Shown here piece after piece: positions 27,130 through 38,399 of a stretch of DNA of 64,000 nucleotides; within the stretch, counting starts at the first letter, position 1; each line of letters starts with the position of its first letter. The translations under genes were made by a program, and so were the position numbers. This DNA comes from Haliotis cracherodii. Its lineage: Eukaryota. Under the pieces are notes generated by a model. That model made no database searches, was not told where the DNA came from, and worked only from the letters and a program-made list of their open reading frames with translations. The DNA lies in NCBI RefSeq assembly GCF_022045235.1, contig NW_027266319.1, forward strand, positions 28,334,001-28,398,000, given 5' to 3'.

Positions 27130-28030
27130 TATATTCAGAGGTTCTGGACAATTTGTAACAGATGAAAGCAAATAATCTGAAGTTTACTGAGAAAACAATA
27201 TGTGAAATGCTGGACTTCCTCATCGATAACATCTACATAACATTTGGGGGTAAGACAATCAGGCAGAAAGGAGGCATCGCCATGGGCATAAAGTGTGCCC
27301 CCCTTCTTATGGATCTGTTTCTTTATGCATATGAATCAGAATTTCTGCTCGGATTGGCAAAGTCAAAACAAGGTAATTTGGCCAAGAAGTTTTAACTTCA
27401 GCTTCAGGTATATCGATGGTCTCATATCGTTCAATCACAATCAAATAACCAATTTCCTCGCACTGATTCACCCATCTGAACTAGAAATAAAGGGGACCAG
27501 TGATGTCGCCTCATCTGTTTCATATTTAGAACTATGCATAACGATTTAGAGTGACAAAACACTCTCCACAAGACTGTATGACAAGAGGGATGACTTCAAC
27601 GTTCCAGTAGACAACTTTCCCTTCATGTCAAGGAATATTCCAGCAGCTTCGGCCTTTGGTGTTTACAGTCGAGTAGGCTCTTTCTACCAAGATTTCAAGA
27701 GTGTCATACAACTCTTGCTCATAAGTTGTTTGATCATGATTACAACATTCAAGGCCTCAGTAAAGCTATCAAAAAAGGTTGACATGTAGAGAAATTTCCA
27801 AATCAGTGACAAAAGTGATGTCCGATGCGATCAGGTGAACAATTGACTTGTATTTGCATGTGTTTGTGACGGATGCCACCGATGAGGCAGGATACGCTCA
27901 CCTTTTCGCGCACACCTGGTATCATCACAATTTGATAGTGATTCATAAACACAGCCTCATGATACGGTCGGAATCCTACAATCGACTCTGCTTTTGGCAG
28001 CGATTTCTGATGAATATGGAACGGTTTTGT
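27130..28030 (+). mobile_element. Penelope-like retroelement RT fragment, decayed
   Basis: MLDFLIDNIYITFGG..RQ..GIAMG..CAPLL.DLFLY.YE, FRYID, PSELEIK.T, SYLEL, RLYDKRDDFN..NFPF..NIP across frameshifts. Confidence 0.8.
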
Positions 28031-28045
28031 CCTTTTGTATATATA

Positions 28046-29090
28046 TACTGAACCGCAAAAGAACGTCACCACAAGTAACATTGCATGAAAAGTTGTCATT
28101 TAAATATCTGGGTAATTTTTGTCAAAGTTTCTAAAATTTAACATTACCTTGTCCGGAAAAATGAAATTTGATGATAAAAAAACAAAGCAGATGACATTAA
28201 AACCGATCGCCCAAACGCATCACGGCAACAGCCATGGTAACCCGAGGCACGTGAGTTCCGTGCAAATTGAAATGCACATGCGTTCCCCTATTTCTTGCCC
28301 TATAAAAATTCACCCAGATCGGTTAACATTCATTGTTATTGAATTGCTACCACATGCCAGGATTGACAAGAAATCAGCGACACCAAGCCCTCGGACGATT
28401 GCAAGCTGGACAAACGGCCCGGCAAGTAGCCAATGCATTTCAAGTCCACGTAAGGACCATATACAGGCTCCAGGAACGGTACCAGACCACCAAATCTACA
28501 ACGTTGTGGAAGACCAAGGGTCACCACCCGACGTCAGGATCGTCAGATTGTGCGACAGCATTTTCGTTTTGTTACTGCTACGGAAACTGCTCGACAGACC
28601 ATGGGGATACATCAGCGACACATTAGTGCGGACACCGTGCGTCGACGATTGACGAGCAGACACCTCCACTGTCACAGGCCACACCGAGAACCCAACGTCA
28701 TCGCCAGGACCGTCTTCAGGGGGCAACACAGCACCAGCATTGGCGCCACCAGCAGTGGAGAAGAGTCCTCTTCTCAGACGAGAGACATAACAGCAGATGG
28801 CAGAGAGAGAGAGAGTCTGGCGACGCTGTGGGGAACGTTATTGTGTTGTTGAGAGAGACTCGTGGGGTGGTCCGAGCATCATGGTGTGGGATGGAATTGG
28901 TCTTGCACAGAGGGCCGGCCCTGTTGTCTTCCAGAACATCGGTACAGGGAGAGGCAATTGTGTCAAAGCAGCTCGGTACATTGATCAAGTCTTGAGACCA
29001 CACGCCATATCTCATTTGGCACGTCGCCGCAACCATGAGTTTCAGCATGAAAACGCCCGTGCCCACACTGCGAGAGCAGCAAGAGACTTC
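28046..29090 (+). mobile_element. Tc1-like transposon, 3'-truncated and decayed
   Basis: ATG 28354 MPGLTRNQRHQALGRLQAG (paired-like HTH), LFSDE, GGPSIMVWDGI and FQHENARAHTAR across frameshifts. Confidence 0.85.
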
Positions 29091-29597
29091 CGTGTGTTTT
29101 GGCTTTACATGGGACTGGTGTGATTACGTTTAATGGAACAGCCAAACACGATGTAATCTTTAAAGTATGGAATACTTTGAGAACCATTCTAACGATCACG
29201 ACCTTTGGAAACATAATTTATTTGCAAAGAGTGCGTGAACTTAGTTTCTAATTCTCGTGTTTTTAGACATAATCTTAAATCTCATAATCTCAACTTGTGG
29301 TGTCAAGCCACAAACACACAAAGTCGCGAAAACGCGAGATTTCATTTTCTGGACATTTATTAGAGGACACAGCTATTTCCACAAAGCTCAAGGTCTCCAA
29401 TTACCACCATGTATTTCTAGTACAAAAGCATTACTTACAGACCTTGACTTTCATAAAGACACCTTCTTAAGAACAATCAATTACCCAAGTCTCATGATTG
29501 CAAAGTAAAAGTACAACAGTAACTGGCAATAAATTATGAAATCATATTTGAAAATAACCTCTGACCTTTGATAGACATACCACCAACAGAGAAGCAA

Positions 29598-29646
<49 letters not shown>

Positions 29647-29738
29647 AAAGGTCAAGGTAATATCTGAGGTAAGTATCATGTCTATTCTCTACTGTCTTTA
29701 AATGATGTAATACACAATACGTATATGCCCCTCACATC

Positions 29739-29802
29739 ATTCCATAGTTACGTGCTGTCATAGAAGTAGAAGGTGTTCTGTTGTGTCGTGGGTATATAGA
29801 TA
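29739..29802 (+). promoter_or_regulatory. Proximal promoter of copy 4 (conserved block plus TATA at 29793)
   Basis: Conserved across four paralogs at an equivalent position. Confidence 0.6.
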
Positions 29803-29847
29803 GCCTGGGAGAAGTACAGACCCATTTGTGACAAGTCTCCAGCGATA

Positions 29848-32536
29848 ATGGCCAAGTTACTGCTTGTCGTAGTTTTGACTGTGCTGTCCATATCTGTGAT
29901 TACAGAGGCGCAGTTAGGTGACGGTAAGTTTATGTTTGTTTGCTTGTTTTGTTTGTTTCTCTCTTTTCTAATCTTTAAAACGTTGACGTGTATGCACAAA
30001 GTCAATATACTGTGAAACAATGTCATTAAATGTAAGAAAATGTGATGTCAAGACGTCGTATTCTCGTCATAATGGCGTAATGTCTTTATTCACCAAACGA
30101 CGTAATCTTTAAAACGTTGACGTGTATGCACAAGGTCAATGTATTGTCATAAAAGATTTTCAAATTTCAGAAAGTGTGATGTCATTGCATGATATTCTCA
30201 CCATAATGGCGAAATGTCTGTATTTATAAAACTACTCTTTGAACACTTACACAAATTCAAGCGTACAATTAAACCTGAAAGCTTTATCACTTAGACAATC
30301 GTACTGATATGATGTCACATATTTTAAACACACTTTCCATGAAGAGGAGGTATTCAGTTTTTTTATTCTCTGATGAGATCTATCGGAAGAACACGCTGCT
30401 TTACTATTATCAATATATACTTGAAACATGACGGTTAGAAATAAGCCTGAAGTACATGTATTCACAGAACTGTAATATAGAGATGGAAATAAGCCTGGGG
30501 TACATGTATTCACGGTAATCTAGGGATGGAAATAAGCCTGGGGTACATGTATTCACAGTAATCTAGGGATGGAAATAAGCCTGGGGTACATGTATTCACA
30601 GTAATCTAGGGAGGGAAATAAGCCTGAAGTACATGTATTCACAAAACAGTAATCTAGGGATGGAAATAAGCCTGAAGTACATGTATTCACAGAACAGTAA
30701 TCTGGGGATGGAAATAAGCCTGGAGTACATGCATTCATATAACAGTAATCTAGGGATGGAAATAACCGTGGAGTACATGCATTAATATGACAGTAATGTA
30801 GGGAAAATGAATGGTTGATAGTTAATATTACAATCATTTGCCGCAGAATGTCCTCCCAACTGTCGTGAGAGCGAGTGCACATTCATTGGATGTCTCGACT
30901 GTGACGTGGGCTTCTGCCATTATTCCGGGGATATGGGGTGAGAAGAATACAGCAGATATCAAAACGCTGCTTGTCGTGAGATATCAGGACGAGGAACACC
31001 AGAAATGGGCTTCACACGTTGTATCCATGTGGGGAATCGAACCTGGCCCTTAGGCGTGACGAGCCAACGCTTTAACCACTGGGCTACCCCACCACTCCTG
31101 CTTGGGATGAGAACCGACTTGGGTGGTTACAGTGTGTTCCTAGCCGATTGTGTGTCATCGTGCCTCGGCAGGCTACAACGGTGCTCAACCTATCAACCAC
31201 TGTTATGCCTCCTCATATTCGGGTACTTATATATAGCTGCAGTAATGTTGACTGCGGCGTATTCGGTGATAACACTTTGTAACACTTCTGATGAAATGAT
31301 GGAGGTGATGCGAGCTAAGACAAGGATTAAATCCAAATTAAAAGTAATAATCAAGCAAGAATAATTTGAAACTTTCAAATTACCAAGACGGAGATTGAAA
31401 GACGAGCGTTAGATTCGTTACACATATTGTATGAATTCAATGCAAATTCCATTGTGTTGACAATAGTCAAGAAAGTACAGCTCTCGTAAATTATTCAAAA
31501 TTATTAATTGTTATGGAAATATCGAAAAAATGTTTTTGAATTTTGATGCATATATTCGTAGATTCGATACATAATGTAACATATATAGTCTCATATTAAG
31601 TAGTATCAAATCTACGGTCTCTAAATTCGCAGTAGTATGATCTACTGATGGTAATAGATTATTTCTTTTGTCCGACAGAAAAATCTCATGCGTCAAAAAG
31701 TGCCCGAATGGAATGTACTGTGAACATACCCACCGCATGTGTATCAACGTAAGTCCGCAATGCTTAACATGTACCTTCTTCTCAACACTTTGTTTCCAGG
31801 ACATCTGAGATATACATCGAACATGTTAGCTGATAGCATCTGAGGCAAACAAAAAAGCACCCCAGCCTTCATCCGGCATATTAACAATGTGCATTTTAAA
31901 CTGTGGGGCAAAATAATGTAACTTGAAAATTCGATTTGACCAAGAAATCACAAATGTTATCAAAACGTTACGAGACTGACAACAGTTGCCGTAACACTGC
32001 CTACTTAAAAGTCCAAAACACAACAATGATATCCGTTTCAAATACATCACCATCGAATAACCATTTTTGTTTGTTTTATTTTTAGAAACCATTAAACATG
32101 GGTGTTCACTTTCTTTTGCCCGGCAGTTTATATACACAAAGGTTTTCCGACAGTTAACGTGAAACATGGACATTGTGATGGAAATCAGAGATAGTCGACA
32201 TAATTCTTTTCTATTTTTTCTTTGAAGAGGGACCTAAAATTGTGTTCCCGTATTCTGTCCACCTGTTGTGTAAAAGTGAATACTTTATCACCGCTTCTCT
32301 CAATCTGTGATAGGAAAAACGTGTAACCTGGATAAGAGTGTGACGTCATGCCCCGACGGCGTAGATCGTTGCTCATGCTGTTAGCCACCGGTTCGAATGG
32401 AACAGAGTCCATTAGTTAAAGGCAGCCTCGATACAGCTTGAATATTACTGACTGCGGCATAAAACAACATCCACTTGTTTTTGCTCTCAACTCCCCTAGG
32501 CTAAGGTTCACTGCCAGATCCTTTTCTTTGTAGTGA
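29848..32536 (+). CDS. Secreted 10-Cys peptide precursor, copy 4 (79 aa); exons 29848-29923, 30847-30937, 31679-31748, 32534-32536 (stop only): MAKLLLVVVLTVLSISVITEA|QLGDECPPNCRESECTFIGCLDCDVGFCHYSGDMGKISCVKKCPNGMYCEHTHRMCIN*
   Basis: GT..AG introns (phases 1,2,0), TATA at 29793, 10 Cys conserved, shared 3' UTR with AATAAA at 32661 and 32674. Confidence 0.86.
30437..30800. repeat. 43-48 bp minisatellite, about 8 units, in intron 1 of copy 4
   Basis: Unit GAAATAAGCCTG(A/G)(A/G)GTACATGTATTCACA(GAACA)GTAATCTAGGGATG. Confidence 0.9.
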
Positions 32537-33546
32537 AGAGAGGCTAACAGCGGAGAGCCGGAAGTAAGAAAATCCAAAGAATTTTCTGAACACTTCATCA
32601 GACTTCTGGGGTTCATCATGATTGAGTGTTGATCTTTTAAATTACCATATAAAATCACTGAATAAATTGATGCAATAAACACTTTTCGTTTTTGAGACGA
32701 GATATAAGGTAAAATTTGTGACTTTGCTGCCTAAACGTGGAGAGCTCGATATGTTTCCTATTCACCTAACGCCAGTGGAAAGGACGCCTGAGAGGGGAGG
32801 TGAATTGGGCTTCACACATACATGTATCACGTTCAAAGTTATTCAACTTACATAGCAAAGTAGATGCACTTGTGTTGCTGCGTGTACTAGTCCAGACTTA
32901 TGCCGGATATATGGTGCTTACCCATTGAGATACCATGGCCCAGCTTAACTCGGACACATTATACTATCCTGAGAAGCCAAAGGGAGGCAACCGAGGGTGC
33001 TCATGAAACAGTAATGATCAATATTCAACCAGGGGCACTCTGCACCTCATTATGACTAAATCCCTTTGTGTTTAATAATATTAACTTTGTGGCCGCACAC
33101 GCCAGGAGCCCAGGACATAATCCAGGCTGTGATAATTTGATAATGTATGATGGATCTGAACTTCGGTTTCTTGTTGTGAGATCACTGACGCCTCGGATTC
33201 AAATGACGTGCAGTAAGTTTGTGGGATGACACGTGGACGCCGTGCAGGCAAATGACATATGTGAAGACGATTTCGCCTGTATGTGTACTCTTACAACATT
33301 TTTATGCCATCGTACTCACTAATCTGACTTGGGCTGAAGTTCTACTTGGGCGTCTTCGATCATCGACGTTATGTGTTTGTTGGTATCGGGCCCACAGTCT
33401 GCTGATCACAGATTGAGAAACATGCAGCGTTTGGGCAACAATATGCTGACGTGTCCACCTGCAACATGCCTATGGCACATAATCGTTCAGCATGTTTAAA
33501 CGTCGCATCATCGATATTGTTGCTTCCTTAATTATTACATGAGTTT

Positions 33547-33898
33547 GTGGCCTCCGTGGTCTAGTGGTAGAGCCTCCGCCCGGAGAGCGGAAGGTCCGGG
33601 GTTCGATCCCCGACCTCGTCATACCAAAAGACGTTAAAAGATGGAACTTGTTGTTACCCTGTCTGGCGCTCGGCATTAAGGGGCTAAAACAAGGACTGGT
33701 CGGCTAGGAGTCAGTATACTGTGTCTGAGTGGGGTATTCATGTTAAACTGCGGTATGGTATCTCAGTGAGCTAGCACTATAAATCGGCATCAGTCCGGAC
33801 TAGTACAAGCAGCCACACAAACACACACACGTACATGCACGTCGCTATATAAGTGCAATAATCTCGGACGCGACGTTAAACCCCATTTTACCTCACCT
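33547..33898 (+). mobile_element. tRNA-derived SINE, family C, full length with 13-bp TSD
   Basis: A box TGGTCTAGTGG, B box GGTTCGATCCC; TSD ATTACATGAGTTT at 33534-33546 and 33899-33911. Confidence 0.9.
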
Positions 33899-35647
33899 AT
33901 TACATGAGTTTAATACGGTTTGATCGAGCCTTTGGTTCCAGGAAAACAATACGCGTCTGAGTGACAATAGTAAATATGGCATTCCACCCCTTGCACCTGC
34001 TGTCCGAAGACACGTTTTTCGTGATTGTCAAAATGTTGTGTTTGGACACTTGATTTCTTCGGAAATAATCAAACCACATAAATCACTTACTGTCATTACC
34101 AGACATAGGTGTATATTCCTGTAGTTTCACCTCAAACAAAATATATCCTGTGTTCTTGCATAGTATATACACAGCAAGGGACTGGGCGTAGTTGAAGAAA
34201 TACCAACAGATTAGATTAGATGCTCTACCAAATAGACCACAAAGGGGGTCGTATATGATATGGATACTTACAAGTTGTACTCTGCTTTTCTGTGTATTTA
34301 TATGTGTAATGGTATATAATTTTACATGCAGTCAGTGATATTCAGTTTCTCATACAATTCCACAATGACAAAATATATTTTATTACCCTGACTTTGAACG
34401 AATTCCTGACATAACAAGGGACAGGGTGGGGTTAAAGAAATACTACAGATTAGATTAGATATAAATAGAAAATACATATCTGACAAAATACACACGGTCA
34501 AATACTAACACTGCTGCAGGTGAAGATTAATTTGGCATTCACTGGGGTTCAAATATGAGGTCAGATTCATTCCTGTGTGTCCTGTCTTATTTGTTTATCC
34601 AGTCTATATAATAAACGATGAATGGGAAATAAAATAAACTTTGAAGGGTATTGTTGTAGTGTCTTATTAAAGTCTATTTTAAACCATTTGGCATGGTAAA
34701 GAATAAAGTAGTGGGTGACCACATTTCAGCCATGGCAAGATATGATAAAAACGGTGTTCATCCAAAGTCTAGCAACCCTACATGAAAAGTTTGTAGTTGT
34801 TCCCACTGAGAAGGCCTATTAATAACCATTATAGGTAAGCATCACTGCATTAATTGTTTGATAAAAAAACTTGGTATAACTAACATATCAAATAATGCCA
34901 CATATAAGGCCAGTATGTTAACTGAGGAAGATATCTGTCAAAGCCATGCAGTAGTACTATCAACTTTTGACATGACTCTAATACCTGTAGACACGCCCAT
35001 TCCCCTTTTGTACTACATTCCAAAGTTCCATAAACTGTACCACCAATTCCCTGTCTCAACCATTCACCATAATTCTTAATACTATCAAGGAAGGACCTTC
35101 TTTATATTCGCAGAAAGTGTTTGAGACAAATGGAATTCATACCATGTGGATTTTCAAAAACGCAAAGGATTTTCTTGAGTCTCAGAACAGAGCCAAGTTC
35201 AATTTTGTCAAAACATTTAATTTTGTACACCACTAAACCACATGATAAACGTAAATAAAAAAAACGTCCATCCTTGATCCATGGGGCTGTTGTTACATTG
35301 ATACAGTGACATATCTATTGACAATTTGTCAAAAATGAAAACAAATGCCATCCAAGGTTTACAGAGAAAACAATATGTGACATGCTGGATGTCCTTAAAG
35401 AACACGTCAATGTATACTTTGGGGGTAACACGTTTAGGCAAGAAGTTGGCATCCTCATGGGCACCAGGTGCGCTCTCCTTCTTGCTGATCTTTTTCTTTA
35501 TGTCTATGAATCGAAATTTCTGCTCGGGTTGGCCAATCAAACAAGGGAATTTGACCAAGAAGTTTAACCTTAAGCTTTAGGAATATTGATGATCTGATAT
35601 TCAATAACAATCAATTACCCAATGCCCTTCCATTGATGTACCCACCT

Positions 35648-35815
35648 GAGTGAGTGAGTGAGTATGGTTTTACGCCGATTTTAGCAATATTCCAGCAATA
35701 TCACGGCGGGGGACACCAGAAATGGGCTTCACACATTGTACCCATGTCGGGAATCGAACCCGGGTCTTTGACGTGACGAGCGGACGCTTTAACCACTAGG
35801 CTACCCGACCGCCCC
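35648..35815 (-). mobile_element. SINE family A with TSD, nested in the Penelope-like fragment
   Basis: TSD TGTA(C/T)CCACCTGA on both sides. Confidence 0.88.
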
Positions 35816-36110
35816 TGTATCCACCTGAACTACAGATAAAGAAGACCAATGAGACCGCCTCATCTGTTTTATATTTAGATCTATGCATAAGGATTCAGTG
35901 ACAAAACACTCTCCACAAGACTATATGGCATGGGGGATGATGTCAATTTTCAAATACTAGTAGTCAACTTTCCTATATTTCGAGCAATATTCAAGCAGCT
36001 CCAGACTTTGGTGTCAGCAGTTCACAACTTTTGAGGTACAATCGAGTATGCTTTTTCGTCCAAGATTTCAAGAGCGTATCTTGCTCAGAAGCTGTTTGAT
36101 AAAGATAACG

Positions 36111-36369
36111 GTGAGTGAGTTGGGTTTAACGGCGCTTTTAACAGTATTACAGTTATATCGCGGCGTGCCATCTTAATATGGGAGGAAAGCCCGAAGTGAT
36201 GCAGGTCTCAGACGTTTACCACTTCGGTGAAACCCACGAGCACGGGTATGGTGCTGACAAACCTAGAAACATAATAGGGGCGAACCGGGATTCGAACTGG
36301 CGTGCCCAAGGGACGCAACTCTGCACAGCGAATCGCGGCGCCTTAGACGACTGGGCTACCTGTGCCCCC
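36111..36369 (-). mobile_element. SINE family D nested in the Penelope-like fragment
   Basis: Matches 10268-10535; imperfect TSD GAT(A/C)AAGAT(A/T)AC. Confidence 0.75.
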
Positions 36370-37712
36370 GATCAAGATTACAATCTTCAATGCTTCTGTA
36401 AAGCTTTCAAAACGTTTTACCGTAGATATATGGAGGACATTTCCAAATTTGAACGATGTCCGATGCCAATCCCTATTTTGTATCATATGTTCCAATGTTG
36501 TTTTCAGGGGAACAATTTACTTTCATTTTCGTGTGTTTGTGACGGGTGCCATCGGTTTGGCAGGATACACTCAGCTGTTCGCGAAAACCTGGCATCATCA
36601 CTATTTGATGGTGATTCATAAACACTTGCTCATGTTATAGTACAATCGTACAATCGAGTCTCCATTCACAGAGATTTCTTATGAATATGAAAAGGTTTTG
36701 CCTCTTGTATTCTAACGCATTTAGTCGGCAACTGCGCAAGAGTATTACAGCGTACAAAAAACACAATGTTTTTAGATGGATACTAACTGCATACTTTTAC
36801 CCCACGGAGATTTCGGGGCCAAAAGAATTTCCCAGTAACCCTCCCTCCCTCCACCTAACAGAAAACTCACTAAGGCAATTGTCCAGGCAAAACATAGGAA
36901 TCCGCGCTGTAGGGGTACGATGGTACTCAAACTCAGGACTGGGGGTAGCAAAGTTTGACCTGACTGATTGAGTGCCATCGTACACCTGCGGAGCGGGTTC
37001 TTAAGTATACTTTGTCACTGGCTTGCCTGAACTCTGTGATATTGCCTCAATGTGGGGATCACTTATAATGTGTTAATTCGTGATGTCTCTTGTTTATTTA
37101 CTGCACACATATCAGCTTAAAGATTCATTTATAAAAAAAACGGTGGCGGATCTCCTGGTCCGTTGTTTTTTTATAACCCAGAATATTGCTGACTCCCTCT
37201 TAAGCAATCTTCCTTCACTCACTCATATACAGTTTCATTACGAAACTGATATTGTTGTTAATGCGAGGGACGCTTAATATTATGTGTTTATTCGTAATGG
37301 CTCGTGTCTTTCCTGTACAAATATCAGTTTAAAGATTCATTGAAAACAGGGACGGAGTCATTGTTTAACATGTTCCATTCCAATGAATTGACAGTAACAG
37401 GACAACCTGTACAATGAATACTTGGAAGACTTAATTTACATAAACATCAATCCCAGTTATCAATATTGTAACAATGGCTAATATATACTGGCAATATAAA
37501 CACTGCTGCTCCTTAATGTGAAAATATGAGTCACAATAATTGATAATTTATCAAGGCGTTTTGATCAGTTTGTAGAACCTCACACAATTTATTACCGCCT
37601 GTAGGAAATAACCCTCGCAAAATCTGCAGAAGTTTAGTTTTTTGTTTTGTTTTTATTACTTCAGAGTTACAGGTTTATCAGTTCAAATGACGCGACCTCC
37701 CGTGAAAGAGTA

Positions 37713-37872
37713 CGGTGGGGTAGCTGAGAGGTTAAAGCGTTTGCTCGTCACGCCGAAAACCTGGGCTCGATTCCAATAATGGGTACGATGTGTAAAGCCC
37801 ATATCTGGTGTCGCCCCGTCGGAATAGTGCTTGCATATTGCTAAAAGCGGCATAAAACCATACACACTCACT
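37713..37872 (+). mobile_element. SINE family A, diverged
   Basis: Similarity to the family A consensus. Confidence 0.75.
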
Positions 37873-38399
37873 CCAGTGAGAGGTATCGTATAGGAGTAAA
37901 AGATTTGGTTTGAATGACACTGGGGCGAGATTTGATTGATTACAGATCGAGGGGAAGGAAAGTTGCTTCCCTTGCCGTGCAAGGATCCATGCTCGTCAGG
38001 GATACGGCTAATAGTGATCGGATGGTCACAATTTGTCATCTTGTTTACAGTGAGCAGGGTACACCTATTTATGCAGTCAACCACTGGTGTATCATGCCCA
38101 ATATGTTCATCCTCTCAATCGCTGCTGAACAATGGCTATAGCATGAACATATATATACATGAAGCTTTATCGGTGATATATTCAAGTACTGGACAGTTTT
38201 GCTGTTCTTTATTTGTATTTCACAATGTGTCTTGAAGTCTTGTGGCTTTGTTTGGTGTCTTCTTGTGTCCATAACATCATGCCCCCGAAACCAGACCACT
38301 GATCAAACATTATAATGATCAGCATGATATTAGATCTATTTGAAGTCCACAGTGCTCTAATATGTGAAAAACATACACTTTTGCTGTCCCGATTTACGA

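Larger units (their letters stand above)
34770..36710 (+). mobile_element. Penelope-like retroelement fragment (paralogous to 27130-28030), interrupted by two SINEs
   Basis: KFVVVPTEKA, LYYIPKFHK, YFGGNTFRQEVGILMGTRCALLLADLFLY.YE, FRNIDDL, YPPELQIKKT, YLDL. Confidence 0.8.

Noticed and set aside
27990-28035. Hammerhead ribozyme at the Penelope-like 3' end (CTGATGA)
   Set aside because: No convincing stem II, GAAA and stem III, and the paralogous site near 36678 lacks the core.
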